A DNA stretch of 64,000 bases from Chlorokybus atmophyticus (taxonomy: Eukaryota; Plantae; Mesostigma and Chlorokybus algae), in NCBI GenBank assembly GCA_009103225.1, contig RHPI01001168.1, forward strand, positions 16,222-80,221, given 5' to 3'. The notes under the pieces are model-generated. The model was not told the DNA's origin, ran no database searches, and was given only the letters and a program-made list of their open reading frames with translations. Position numbers and translations under genes: made by a program. The stretch's first letter is position 1, and every line of letters starts with the position of its first letter. This document shows positions 19,534-33,317 of the stretch, piece by piece.

Positions 19534-22500
19534 GTGTACAGCGGAAGACGAGTGTACATCACGGCAGTGTTGTTGACGACTGCGCTTGAGAGAGGCGACC
19601 TAGTTGACATAGGTTTTGTAGTGTAGCAGTGCGTGTAGTACTACAGCAGTATAAGTTGGGTTAGTTCTGAGTGAGATACGGGGTTGCAGATTGGTTAGTG
19701 AAATGTACAGGCTGCTCGTGGAAAGAGCTGTGGTCATGTGCTTTGCAAATGCAGGGCCAATGACGCTTTGTTGGCCGAAGCTTCATACTTGTTGAGGTGC
19801 TAAAGAAGCAATACTACAAAGTCATCATTGCAGTTGTTGTTGGTAATGATTCGTGTCCAAGTGCGCATATGCACAGAAGATGATAGTTTGCGTATGCCCT
19901 TTTGCGACTTTGCCTCACATAATGCTTGTTGTAATTGCTATGCTTGCCGTGTTTGTGATCACATGGGCTTGTATTACTGCTTTGCTTCTTGTGCATATAT
20001 TGTGCAAGAGTGGTGTATTGTGTATCAATTGCCATAGGAAATAGCTATATGTTAAATGTTGTATGCAAAGATTTGTGCGCTGCACATAAATTATTGCAAG
20101 AGTGTGCAATGTACGGCTTTGCAAACCCGTGGCCTACATAGTGCCCAAGCCATAGCTAATGTGCGCCAACTTTACAATACAAAATGTCAATGTAAGTTAG
20201 CATAATTAGCACGATGATGGACACAAATTATATTAGCTGCTCGCATATCTTGTACACATGCAAGCGCGGCACAAGTTATCATGATATGACACAATGGTTT
20301 GTACTCATGTAGTAATGGCAGCATAAGCGTGCACACGCGGGGCGGCGGCGGCGGGGNNNNNNNNNNNNNNNNNNNNNNNNNNNNNNNNNNNNNNNNNNNN
20401 NNNNNNNNNNNNNNNNNNNNNNNNNNNNNNNNNNNNNNNNNNNNNNNNNNNNNNNNNNNNNNNNNNNNNNNNNNNNNNNNNNNNNNNNNNNNNNNNNNNN
20501 NNNNNNNNNNNNNNNNNNNNNNNNNNNNNNNNNNNNNNNNNNNNNNNNNNNNNNNNNNNNNNNNNNNNNNNNNNNNNNNNNNNNNNNNNNNNNNNNNNNN
20601 NNNNNNNNNNNNNNNNNNNNNNNNNNNNNNNNNNNNNNNNNNNNNNNNNNNNNNNNNNNNNNNNNNNNNNNNNNNNNNNNNNNNNNNNNNNNNNNNNNNN
20701 NNNNNNNNNNNNNNNNNNNNNNNNNNNNNNNNNNNNNNNNNNNNNNNNNNNNNNNNNNNNNNNNNNNNNNNNNNNNNNNNNNNNNNNNNNNNNNNNNNNN
20801 NNNNNNNNNNNNNNNNNNNNNNNNNNNNNNNNNNNNNNNNNNNNNNNNNNNNNNNNNNNNNNNNNNNNNNNNNNNNNNNNNNNNNNNNNNNNNNNNNNNN
20901 NNNNNNNNNNNNNNNNNNNNNNNNNNNNNNNNNNNNNNNNNNNNNNNNNNNNNNNNNNNNNNNNNNNNNNNNNNNNNNNNNNNNNNNNNNNNNNNNNNNN
21001 NNNNNNNNNNNNNNNNNNNNNNNNNNNNNNNNNNNNNNNNNNNNNNNNNNNNNNNNNNNNNNNNNNNNNNNNNNNNNNNNNNNNNNNNNNNNNNNNNNNN
21101 NNNNNNNNNNNNNNNNNNNNNNNNNNNNNNNNNNNNNNNNNNNNNNNNNNNNNNNNNNNNNNNNNNNNNNNNNNNNNNNNNNNNNNNNNNNNNNNNNNNN
21201 NNNNNNNNNNNNNNNNNNNNNNNNNNNNNNNNNNNNNNNNNNNNNNNNNNNNNNNNNNNNNNNNNNNNNNNNNNNNNNNNNNNNNNNNNNNNNNNNNNNN
21301 NNNNNNNNNNNNNNNNNNNNNNNNNNNNNNNNNNGGTCATTCACAATACAAGTACACACTCAGAATTATACGCGGCTACGTATGGAAGCGAGTGCTAATA
21401 ACAACTTGTAGTATTAAGAGTGCTTGTGCAAAATGCTACATAAAGCAATATCAAGCAATAGCATAGACGGTGGAATGTCAAAGTATTTACCTAGCACAAG
21501 TCATTTATGTACTATCAGGGGCCGAGGTACAATGGAAGACTTGGTGATGCTTAACAAACCGCTAACTTGCACTTGAACACTGCATGTGTGTGTGCAAGTG
21601 ACAAGACGAGCAATGGATGTAGTGCAAAGATAGTGTTCAATAACCTCCTGCGCAACATTAATAATATAACATGATAAATCATCATAAAACTTATGATTAG
21701 CTGAAGCATAGACGCCATGTTATTAATGATTTACTTTTAATGAGACTTGCGCTTGCATATACACATCACAAATCATTAGCATCGTTCCCTGCGTTAATAA
21801 AGTACATGACAATCGATAGCATGTTGCGAGAGAGGTTGAATACTTTTCGTTGCAATGCGCGCGCGTTGTGTAGTTAAATGCACATGTTTATGCCGTATTC
21901 AATGATCAACTCGCATCACATACTTGTGTGCAACTGTAAAGAATTGATGATGCGAGCTGATTAAAGACGCCTTTACTGATGAACACTGTGTGACAGTCAC
22001 TGGAGCAGCAGAAAAAAGGTCAAAGTGCTATTAGAGTAGTTGTCAGCTTGACGACATAGACTTCGTGCTTACCACTGGTGAATGCAACGCAATGGGCCAG
22101 TACCAGGACTCTCCTGGTGTAGCTTGCCCTTGATGAGCCTGTACTATACTCATGGTCCAGCAGTGCTGGCCCATCAAGGTACACCAGGCCGGTCCCACAG
22201 CGCCTTGCCAAACCCAGTGCCAAAAGCCCAGGCATTCGCCGCATTGCCAGCAGACTGGCGGCGGCGGCGGCGGCACAGTGGCTAGCGAGGGGTTGCGGCG
22301 TCAACGAGAACGACAGTCGTGGCGGCTGTTGGAGCCGAGGCAAGCTTGGCTGGCGGCGCTGCACGCCTGCAATGGGCAGAGGCCAGCTGCCCTGCCCGTC
22401 GCCGCGCAGGTTCGTCAGTGGCTGGCATGGTGCATGGTGTCGTAGTGGACGGCTGCAGTGCTGAGTTGTGTAAAAGCCCTATTACGCAGCTGTGAATAGA

Positions 22501-23849
22501 AAGCTCTGGAGAAGGATGGGTTCGCTGTAGTGCCACTTGTGAGTGTTACTGCTCGTCCAGCAGTTGCCCAAGCTCGCTGTCAATGTAATTTGCACTTCGG
22601 CAGGTCTTTGTACGTGTCTATCGCGACAGCCGTTCAGTGGTAACATGGTGCAGCTGCTGCTACCTACGCAAGCAAACCTTTTTCACTACGTGCCTCCTTC
22701 TTATTCAATGCTTTAACCACAATGTCGCGTTGCTGTCGAGCATGAAAGAGGCGATGTGACGGAACGCAGACGATCACTCAACTGTGCTTCTGGGGCTGCT
22801 GCCAAGTTGACTCCAGCATGCACAGTTACACGCTGGTGGAGGATACTTGCAGAACATCTTGTTGAAGGAGTCGCTGCCATCTCAGCTTTGTTTGGCATGT
22901 TGTTCTGAAGACCCTTGCACACATTGTGTGCAAAGCACCAGACGGATAAACGCTGCAACCCTGGCTGAGTGCTGCAGGTAGTATCCAAGCAGCATGAGGG
23001 CGTGTTCAGCTTTGCAGGTGAGTCGCAGTGTATGCAACTGGTTGCGTGTGTGCGTGCGCGTGTTGGCGCAATCGCGGGGGGAAGGAGAGGNNNNNNNNNN
23101 NNNNNNNNNNNNNNNNNNNNNNNNNNNNNNNNNNNNNNNNNNNNNNNNNNNNNNNNNNNNNNNNNNNNNNNNNNNNNNNNNNNNNNNNNNNNNNNNNNNN
23201 NNNNNNNNNNNNNNNNNNNNNNNNNNNNNNNNNNNNNNNNNNNNNNNNNNNNNNNNNNNNNNNNNNNNNNNNNNNNNNNNNNNNNNNNNNNNNNNNNNNN
23301 NNNNNNNNNNNNNNNNNNNNNNNNNNNNNNNNNNNNNNNNNNNNNNNNNNNNNNNNNNNNNNNNNNNNNNNNNNNNNNNNNNNNNNNNNNNNNNNNNNNN
23401 NNNNNNNNNNNNNNNNNNNNNNNNNNNNNNNNNNNNNNNNNNNNNNNNNNNNNNNNNNNNNNNNNNNNNNNNNNNNNNNNNNNNNNNNNNNNNNNNNNNN
23501 NNNNNNNNNNNNNNNNNNNNNNNNNNNNNNNNNNNNNNNNNNNNNNNNNNNNNNNNNNNNNNNNNNNNNNNNNNNNNNNNNNNNNNNNNNNNNNNNNNNN
23601 NNNNNNNNNNNNNNNNNNNNNNNNNNNNNNNNNNNNNNNNNNNNNNNNNNNNNNNNNNNNNNNNNNNNNNNNNNNNNNNNNNNNNNNNNNNNNNNNNNNN
23701 NNNNNNNNNNNNNNNNNNNNNNNNNNNNNNNNNNNNNNNNNNNNNNNNNNNNNNNNNNNNNNNNNNGGGAGGGGGGGGGGCTGGGCTCAGAGCACTGACT
23801 TGCAATCTGTTCGTTCAGTTCTAGTCTACGCTGCATTCACCTCTTCTGG

Positions 23850-25419
23850 CTACCGTGCTTACCCCTGCTCATCTCTCCATGCCCGTGTGCAGGCAGCCAG
23901 CAATTCGTGTCTTCGGCTCGCTCGTGCCACCGTGCTTGGCAATTTGCAAGCAGTTGCTTCAGACTCCGATGCTGCTCTTAGGCTGGGTCGGTACGTTAGC
24001 CATAACTAACTCAGCATGCAGATGATGCTGCAGCTTCGTATCAGGGCTGCTTGATGGTGATGTTGTGGGTTTTCACACACTGCTTGCCAGGCTAGAAGTC
24101 CGCCAATTTTGTGCCAGTGTGGCGTTGGAGGCAGAGGAGTCCAAGTTGGAAGAGGTGAGTCCGGTGCATACTATGAGGGCAGTGTGTGACGTGCTGCCCT
24201 CATGGTAAGAAGTGCGCCGCAACAGGCTCTGACCTGAGTCTGCACATAGCACCATAGCAAGTGTGTGCGTGGTGCTGCATGCCATCAACGTGCATGACGG
24301 AAATGCACAGACAAGACACAACTTGACATGCATGCCTTCATGTGACTTGAGTAGTAGCGTTGTCATGTGCATGTCTGTGCATCAACATTGCAACAACACC
24401 TGATATGTCTCAGATAGATTGCATGCCACAGCTAAGGTTGCTAACACCAAGTCTGTTGCCAGGGTGGGAAGGGAAAGCGCTTGGGCCCGTGGGCGGAGAA
24501 GGAGCAGCTGGTGTTGGATGCGTTCTGGCGAAACTTCGGCACAGTCACGCCGTATCAAGTATCAAAAATGGTCCTCCTTGGGCAGCAGAACGGCATCTTT
24601 CGCGATGTGGGAAGGTTACAGCAGCGCATGTTACAGGTGCCACCTTCTTGTCCTTAGCATAGACCGTAGGCGACGCGATCAGGCACAAAGGAAAGTATTC
24701 AATGTTGTTGTGTGTGTTTAGGCCCTGAGTTTATTGTGTTGTTACAGCTTCAGAGTGTATTCCCCAATGCAGACGTCATCAAGATGGTTAAGCGGCAGCC
24801 GAGGCTGATGTGCGCCAACCCGGAGAGCTTGAAATTTAAAGCTGCTGCAATGAAGGACGCGTTGAGCGTGAGTGACGAGATGTTGACACTGATAGTGCAG
24901 CGCGTGCCCAGCTTGCTTCACCGCAAGCTCGATGGCGTGCTGGACATCATTGGGTATGTGGAGAACCTCCTGTCCGTGTCCACTGAGAAGGCGAGAGAGG
25001 TGTGCCTGCGCTGCCCGCAGCTGTTCCAATCAGACGCGCAGAGGATGCGCTCGCGCTTTAATTTACTTTGCACCAACGTGGCGTTGCATAACCTTGGAGA
25101 TGAGACCTTCGCCCGAGATATGATACTCAACTCCCCACACATCCTGCGCATGAGGGAGGAGCTCATCGCCGCCAAGATAGCCAGGCTTGTGGGTGAAGTC
25201 AGGGATGGACGCCAGTGGGGTGCGTCGACACTTGCACGTTTGGTAGGTGCGAGCGAGGCCGTTCTCGACCGCATGACGTATTGCCGCCAGCATCAGCTGG
25301 CGCTGCCGCCGATCAGCGCCGCACTCCGTCCAGCTGCCAGCTGGCAGAAGATGTACCCTGATTTCGAGGATTGGCGCAAGACGTCTTCGACAGCTGGCGC
25401 AAAGATACTGTTACCCTGA
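23850..25419 (+). CDS. mTERF-like organelle nucleic-acid-binding protein; 5' end uncertain because of a gap
   Basis: The last exon (24748-25419) has repeated P-x-L helical units (KRQPRLM, QRVPSLL, LRCPQLF, LNSPHIL). An upstream exon GGKGKRLGPW...QQRMLQ splices in frame. Confidence 0.6.
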
Positions 25420-26312
25420 GCTCTACTGGTTATGTGGCTCGTAGCCACTTGTTGAGAGCTGAGTCTGCCATAACGGTGCCGTGTATAGAGGTGGAGTGCT
25501 TTTGGCTGGCTCTGTTGCAAGTGGTTGTCTGTGCCCTTGCGTTTCCATGTACACAATAAAGCAATGTTGAATGCTTTGCTGCATGGGTTACTCCAGCATG
25601 GCTTTGTACGTGACATCTTGCTTGTTGCATCCATTCAGCCCAACAAAACTATATGCGTACAACTCTGATGCAGGTGGTCATGTTAGAGCTAATGTTTGAG
25701 CCTTTGCTGGCTGTCCCACATTGGATGTCCAAGCTGTGATGCTTTGACAATCACCAACCTGTACCATGTCAAGTGCTACAGCAGACAACGGCTCCCTGCA
25801 GATGTTGCTTCAGTACATGTCATGTACATAGTCCTTTGCCAAATGGCACTATTTGAACAAGTGGTCCACAACCCAACCCAACTGGGCCAATTGCAGCTGC
25901 AGAGTGCAACGCGACTGGGGCTGAACACTGCCTGAACACGTCCTCTGGACGTGTTCAGACAGTGTGAGGCTAGGTGTTGGTGGTCAGGCCATGTTGGTCT
26001 AGTGCTGCATCTAAGCAGCGCTTTAGTACAGCCGTCATGCTGGCAACAACTGCCAACGTCTGAGGAACGAATGCACAAGCCCAGGTCAAGTAGCCATCTG
26101 TGAAACTCGTTGTACACGCATGCAGGCACGCACAGCACGCATTGCACGTTGCCCAATGGTGGTCCTGTCAAGTTGGTTGCCACACAGTTGGCATGCCAGT
26201 CCGTGCCTGAGCAGCCCTGTTGAAGACTTGCTTGTTTTTCACTGCACTCCATTTCAGTCCATGTGGAATTGTTTAGACTCTACACCCATGTCGTACCTGA
26301 GCACCGTGTGCC

Positions 26313-27959
26313 CTACATGTTTCCTTGCTTAATGTCTGATAAGAAAGACTGCAATCGCTCGAGACCAGTCAGAAGAGTCTCTTCCGACGCACCGGCAAAG
26401 CACAACCGGAACCAGCCGGGCTCATTACTGAAGGCTGCTGCACCTGCGCAACGGACACAGCACAATAGTTAGAACACATAGTCAAGCCAACATTGTAGTG
26501 ATGCTAGTGCAAAGTGTTGCAACAATAACAGCACCTGGAGTCATGCAAGTCTTGTACGGTGGCGCTGCAAGTCTTTCAAAAAGCTGCCATTCCGCCTCCT
26601 GTGGGTCCACAGGTTTACCGTCTTGTGTCATGAATCGTAACCATGAGCGCAGATCAACCCAAGCGTACAAGCCGCCCTCCAGCGGCACGCTCTCAACCCC
26701 TGGTCATGTTATCACCTCAGTTGATGTTGGTCATCACAAATTCGCGCATACAGGCTACCTCATATTATCCTTGCTAATTATCACAGCTTGAACAAGACAA
26801 TCTGTGCTGTTTGTGTAACTGTGTGACCATGCTTGTCCGTCTCAAAGGAGGTCACAAGGTCCGCTGTACATGACCCATCACTTTGTGCAGGAACACATTG
26901 GCAAAAACACAGCATGTACTCAACAACACTTACCCATTGCTCGTAAGTGGCTAAGCACGACATCGTAGCGCGCTTGCAGCCGCCTCCTGTTCTCAATCAG
27001 AAATGAATTGACAAACTGCTCGTCCCCGAGACAGTGCGCCAGTATGACCTGCCATGGACACACCCATCAGTATCACAGGCAACATTGCCGATGACCTCTT
27101 ATTACTGAGTTCTTAAGAAGGAAGCCCAGACCAACCAAAGCTGTTTGCTATGCTATGTTTGACTGCAGCACACAAGCGATGATGGTGGCAAGGCAAGCAC
27201 CTTCATACCAGACGGTACTGATTGTGACACACTACAGATCATACGCATAGGTTGGCAATGACGTACACATCAAGACCAAAACACAGAATCTGTGATCTGT
27301 GTTGCAGCTCCATTACGAGAGAGAGAGAAGTTAAATGTAGACATAGTTAACTCATGCGATCAATACGCTGTGAAGCTGACACTCCAAAGCCTAGCTTGCC
27401 TGTGTTTCGGAAGAGAGGTTGGAAAAGCGGATGCCAAAGCGCACGGCTTGCAGCACAGTCGAGTTGTTTGTGTAGAAGAGACCAACGCGAAAGCCTGAGA
27501 GCCCGAAATCCTTTGACAGGCCGTACAACACGTGCACGCGGGGGTTATCGGGTGCGAGTTCCAACACGGAGGTGAAGGGTTTGTTGGAGATTTTGTCGTT
27601 GTTGCTGTAGTTAACCACGGTGTTGGTCGCGCGCTCGATGGTGTCGACTATGACACAGCCAGCGTACACCTCATCAGAAATTAGATGGATGTCCTTCTCT
27701 TCACACCAGGCAATCAGATCCTACAAGCAGGCTGTGCATCACCATCCACAGCAAGTCATCTGCAAGCTTGTATCTGACAACGAATCCCCGCCCAACAATG
27801 CGGCTTGCAAAGTTGGACGCGTCAGTTACATGTTACGCGAGTCAATTTGCACGAAAGTGAGTTAGTCAACCGACAAACTTGCTGGAAACAAAAAGGAACA
27901 TCATTGGGTGGGTCTATGTCATGGCCTGCATGCATGCAGTGCTCCTGTCTCTGTGTGCT

Positions 27960-28001
<42 letters not shown>

Positions 28002-29510
28002 TATTTGCAGCGACACAACATATGGTTGTTGTACTCACAAGCACCACACACATTGCTGCACCTTGACTTCCTGAGCAGAGAGAATGATCCCGAGCGGGTT
28101 CTCAGGATTGGTCAGTACAACAGCACGAACGCGCACACCACGTCGTTGCGCCTCTGCCCAAGCTTCCTCCAGACTTTCTCTCCTCAGCCTGCGTGCATGC
28201 ATTGTGTGTAAGTTGTGGCATACTGAACAAGTTTGTTCAAACAAACAACAAACTGCTTGTTGCCTCACCTGTATCCATTGGCTGCAGAGCGATGCGCAGG
28301 TATGCGGCAAACATTCGCCCTATATCCAAAATCCGTCTCAAACCTGAAAGCATATTTCTCAAACCGTTTGACCCATGGTGCACACATGACATGCTATGCA
28401 CATATGCATGCGCAATGCCAGCGTACACATTGTAGCACTATACAGCACATACACACATATAGCCTCACGCGGGATAGTAGGGCGCGGGTATGATGAGTGC
28501 GTCTCCTTCATCAGCGAGGCAGAAAGCAACAACGTCCAACAAGCCGGTGATGCCGGATCCAGCTGTGATTTTGGCGGGATTGATGGCGTCCGATGACGGT
28601 AAGCCCAGTGCTCGGCACATCACGGATGCCATGGCCTGATGATGGAGCACGCACATGAGGAGGTTGGTGAAGTGGTTGATGTTTTATGCACAGAGAGGGT
28701 GTACCTGCAGGAACTCGGGCCGTCCTTGAGGCGCACCGTAGCCAGAGTGGTCCATCCCGCGGACAAGTGGACGAGTCAGCTGCAAACGCTCATCTAACAC
28801 ATCCTTCATCAACTGCGCCATACGCACAAACTCATTGATAAACATGCAAATTAGAAAAAGTAGACAAGAGCTAGCAACTTTCTCAGCATCTTCTATCCAC
28901 CCACCCACGCACGCACGCACGCCAATTGCACAACAGACATGCACATCAGCTTGCACACACGCGCACACCGCACGCGCATGCGCACAAACACACCATGCAT
29001 GAGCGTGAACACACACGCACATACACACATCCGTAGCACAGCCAGTTGTGACAACCAGTTGGCAAGTGGCTGCAAAACTTACCGCATTCTCTGAAACCGC
29101 AAAGTTGACCCAACCGTCCGTGCCAGTCTTTTCCTTGTAAGGTCGGTACCAGCACGGTGACTGCACACAAACCCATCTTTCAGCTATGATCACAATGTGT
29201 TGGAGTATGTCACTGGCCAAATGACACCTCTCAAAGCTCATGCGGGTGCCAACAAGACACGAAGCAGCTTGCATGCTTGAAGACTATTGCAGAATACCAT
29301 TCCTCGGTAGTATCGAGACTCGCCAAACTCTGTCGCTGTGTCCATGGCTCGCTGCGACAACCATCCCCTGTCTTCCAAAGAATTGCTGCGATCAACAGCA
29401 CCAACACCATCGTTGTGTATGGCCTTGTGCACAGCTGGCATTGAAGACGAGCCGGTCTCAATCTCAGAGCCCATAGGATCCAAGGCTTCCGTTGCTTGCA
29501 TGGCCAGTGA
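26313..29510 (-). CDS. ACC-synthase-like PLP-dependent aminotransferase (class I/II); start uncertain
   Basis: GWVNFAVSEN, GSGITGLLDVVAFCLADEGDALIIPAPYYPA, VVLTNPENPLG, HLISDEVYA, PLP-lysine motif YGLSKDFGLSGFRVG, GGLYAWVDL and EPGWFRLCFA. Stop TAG at 26313. Confidence 0.9.
27964..27998. repeat. (AT)n microsatellite in an intron
   Basis: Direct read. Confidence 0.9.
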
Positions 29511-30359
29511 AGGCTGCCTCAGGCGTTTTGATGGTGCAATGCGTTGAAACCTGGAGGACACACACAACAAAGACACAATTGTGCAACAATAAGATGGACT
29601 TAGTATGGATTTGAGTAAGTCAAGTAAAGCTCTGTGGGACAGATCTTCCATGCGAAGGGTATGTACGCATCGGCAAGCAGAGTTGGCATACACGACTCTT
29701 GGAAATGGACCAGTGTGACTGCTATGCACTTATACATGCATGCATGTGTGAGTGCATGCACATGCAATGTGATCCGTCACAACTGACAAGCGTAAAATCC
29801 AAGCTGCTGTGGCGACACTCTGGACAGATGGCGCAGGGTGACGAACATCATGACTGCACGCATGCATATGTGCGTGCATGCAATCATGCACGCGGGCAAT
29901 GCTGTCCGTCACAGCCAACATATGTCCTAAGCTGGTGTGGCGAGGTTTTCAACAGACAATGCAGGCTGATGAAAACAGTTTATCAGGCACACCTCAGCTT
30001 GACATTCGCCCAGCTTGCCTGCCTTTGCTTGTGCTTCGTGCTTCTTGCTGCTGCTGCTTCAGCACGACAGCCGGGCAACAGGAGCACCGCGACCTCTGCC
30101 CGCATTAATGACAATCCCAGGGGCATGCTCCAGCAGAAGAAGCAGCCACAAGGAAGCAAGCAAGCGAGGAGTCAACTGTAAGCACACGTTAGTTCCACCA
30201 CGCGCAATAACTCGACTGTTATGGAGAACAACGTCCACAGTAACACGCTGAACAACAGGCACACCAACACCCCAGTCGCCGCCGCCGCGCAGTCACCGCC
30301 TTTGTGCCCTTGTGGCATTGTTGTTGTTGTTGTTGTCATCGTGCTTGTCACTGTCCTGC

Positions 30360-32006
30360 ATGGCGGCGGCGTGGTGGGCCGGGCGGGAGGACGTGCTGGC
30401 CGGCGTTCGCTGCTCTCCGTCCGCAACGTCGTCGTCGCCGTCGTCGTCGGCCGGGGCGGCGCAGAATGGCAGCAGCAATAGCCAAGGTGCAGGGGAGGAA
30501 GGCGCAGAGGCTGCCCTCCCGCGCAGGGCGAAGCGCAGCTACCAGCTGAACGCGCGCACAGCGCTGGACTTCAGCGTCATTAGTGGCAACACTGAGCAGC
30601 AGCAGCTTGGCGAGGTTAGCGGTTGGGTCACGCACATAGAGATTGCTGCATTGTCCGTGTGTCCTGAGCATAGCAGCAGCTGGTCAATTCGACTAACAGC
30701 TGCGCGCTTGATTTTGTGTGTGTTGCTTTCGCCGCATGCCTACGTTTCCGTGTGCCAGCATGGCCTGTCATTGCGCTCGTGTATGTGCATTCCAAGTACA
30801 CAAAGTTGTTGTTGTTGAGTTAGCTATTTGCTGTGAAACAGGTTACATCCGTCTTTGGCGGCATTGTGTGAGCTAGCTTTTTTTGCTTGCGAAGGTATTT
30901 GCTCTCAGTAGCGTCGGTTGACAAGACCAGTGCATGCTTGTTGCGCACTCAAACTGCATGCGCGGCAGCAGTGAACTGAAGTCAAATGGCTGTTGCTACA
31001 TACCAGTCCCAAACACATACAAATGCAGTTGATCCAGTTCGCATGCGCACTCTTATGCATATTCGCGCGCGAACACTCTCACTTGCAAACAGCTGTTGCA
31101 CTCAGCTTGTCTCCTGCAGAAGTACAACAGCTTACAACTCTTACGGCTGATAAGATCAAACATGCGCGTGCGTGCGTGTGTGTGTATGCGTGAGTATGCA
31201 TTTATCCAGTGGATGTACATAGTGTGCGCGTGTGCGCGTGTGCGAGTATGTATGACCATTTCATCTGCTTCATGTATGTATACACAGCTGCAGCTGCGGC
31301 TCACACACGGCGACGCCAGCGGGCGCGACGGCAATGTGACTGTCTCCGCAGCTACCGACTTGAGACACAGCCATGACGTGTCAGTTGAAGCACATCTTGG
31401 GTATGAGCTGATAAGTCAGACCTGTCTTGCGTGCTTTGATTGTAGTACACTGTTTCTGATTGTGCCCTTGGCCAGGAAGCAGGATGACAAGCTCAATGTG
31501 GCTGCGCTCGTAAGCCTTCATTCGGGCTTGGGACACAGTTGGGCGGTTGCAACATCTCACAGGTAAAGTGCGGTACACTCGCACACATACCCAAAGTGTA
31601 AAGGTATCATGACACTACATGCTTGTCAACATTCAGGCTACGTAAGAAGGCAAGGGTGTTTGTGCGATGCAATGGGGATCCATACAACGGGCAGCAGATT
31701 TTTCTCCAGGTATTTATTCTGCAGGTACATAGTGCGCAAGACCATAGCTACAATTCCTTTGTTCTGGAAGCAGACTCTGCACCACGTGACGGACCGAGAC
31801 ACAGTATCCCCCATGCTTGTTATTGATTTGGGCAGCCAGTACTACGCGGGCTCGCTGAACTCCGGCCTTCGATGGACGCATTCATTGAGGACAAGTGAGT
31901 GCAGCGAGCAGTGTGTAAACCTTGCACTGCCTGTGTAGAAGGGACCACCTGTTGTGATATTGACTTGTTGGTTCACGTGCAGACAGCAGTGACAAGCTCT
32001 CATTGA
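30360..32006 (+). CDS. Unknown beta-strand-rich protein, six exons
   Basis: Exons 30360-30614, 31288-31400, 31476-31562, 31637-31709, 31840-31894 and 31939-32006 join with consistent phases (0,2,2,0,1) into one ORF. Confidence 0.6.
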
Positions 32007-32655
32007 CTGCTTTCGTCCGACATGGGGACGCCTGCTCACTGCAGTTCTCTGTAGGGAATGCTCACGACATGCAGACTGGGACAGCTGGCGCGTCATTGAG
32101 TTGACTTCGCTACCATTACGCAAGTGTTGGAGGCTAGTGCATGCCTGCTTAGCAGCCGTTCTAGTCAACTCTGTTTGCGTAATAACTGGTACGTTGGCTC
32201 ATGCGTTCCTTCCTGCGTATGCGCTATGCTATGCTAGGCTGTGCTATGCATGCTGCATGGGCAGCATCCTTTCATCTAAACACGCACACAGCCCTCCTCA
32301 CAAACACAGGGGGCGGTATTGGTAGGGTTAGAAGTAGTCGGTAGGTAGCATGCAGGCGCCTTGGTCCGGTGGTCGAGTTGATGAGTGGTTGTAACATTGC
32401 ATGTGCATGTACGAATGGCCTCTTGAATCTTTTGTACAGTTGTTCTCGCGTAAAACGTCTCTACATCATCTCGCTTCGCAGCTTCCGAGATGAGGTCCTT
32501 GCTGTCTGCAGGTGGTACTCTTTGCGGTTTTCATGCCCTTGCCCCTGCAACTGCCTGAGGGTCTTGTGTAGTTGCTTGCTAGGGTCTTGGCTTGTTCGAA
32601 TCTAGTAGGTTGAAAGCGCCTTGGCCCCCGCCTAGTCTATTGCTTGCTTGCTGTG

Positions 32656-33141
32656 CTATGTGGACTGCCATGTGTTTCCACAACGTTCTTTAAGTGTGCT
32701 TTGCGCAGCTCTGATGTAAGTTATGCGAAGTGTGCACGCTTTGTCGAACACGCATGCACGCACAGCCCTTCGCGGGGAAGAGCTGCATGCACTCAAGTCA
32801 CCATTGACGCCTCTGCTGGCAACTGTCCCATGCAACACCGCATGTGGCTTCTTGTCAACACGCTTGAAACATGTGTCTACAGACTGTAGCGCACTGTGAC
32901 ACGCAGTCGGTGTGCTTGCGGCTGCAACAGCTGGGGTGAAGTCCGCAACAGCTGGCATGTGCCATGGGTGATTGTGGTTGACTGTGGGTTGAACCAAGCG
33001 CGGCTTCTCGCCATTGCCGTCGCTGTCGTCGGGGTCGGTATTGTGAGCGGCTTTGGCGGCGGCGCTGCTTTGGGCGGCCACGGCGGCCTTGCCGTACTGG
33101 AGGCAATCCAGGGGGGAGTTGAGAGCGTTTGTGTTCAACAA
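32656..33141 (-). CDS. Possible hypothetical protein (ORF divergent from the gene at 33318)
   Basis: 161-aa ATG-led ORF. No recognisable motif, and downstream splicing was not resolved. Confidence 0.25.
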   Translation of the reverse strand: MLNTNALNSPLDCLQYGKAAVAAQSSAAAKAAHNTDPDDSDGNGEKPRLVQPTVNHNHPWHMPAVADFTPAVAAASTPTACHSALQSVDTCFKRVDKKPHAVLHGTVASRGVNGDLSACSSSPRRAVRACVFDKACTLRITYIRAAQSTLKERCGNTWQST

Positions 33142-33317
33142 TCAGGTCCATCCGCAAAAAGCTACATGCCAGTATACCAAAGCACAGCTCAGCCTACCTG
33201 AGCTAGGATTGGCTCAGCTTAGAATAGCTCAGCTTAAGGCCCGGGTTGACAAGTTGTTTTCTCAGCCTGGCTTCGCATAGCTCAGCTCAGTTTGGCAAGA
33301 AGGCGGTCGTCTGAAGG

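Noticed and set aside
22020-22536. GC-rich ORFs that look like a first exon
   Set aside because: No recognisable motif and no consistent splice partner; left uncalled.
20187-24009. Long ORFs reported across N-gaps and poly-Pro/poly-Gly ORFs at C/G runs
   Set aside because: Artefacts of translating Ns and homopolymers.
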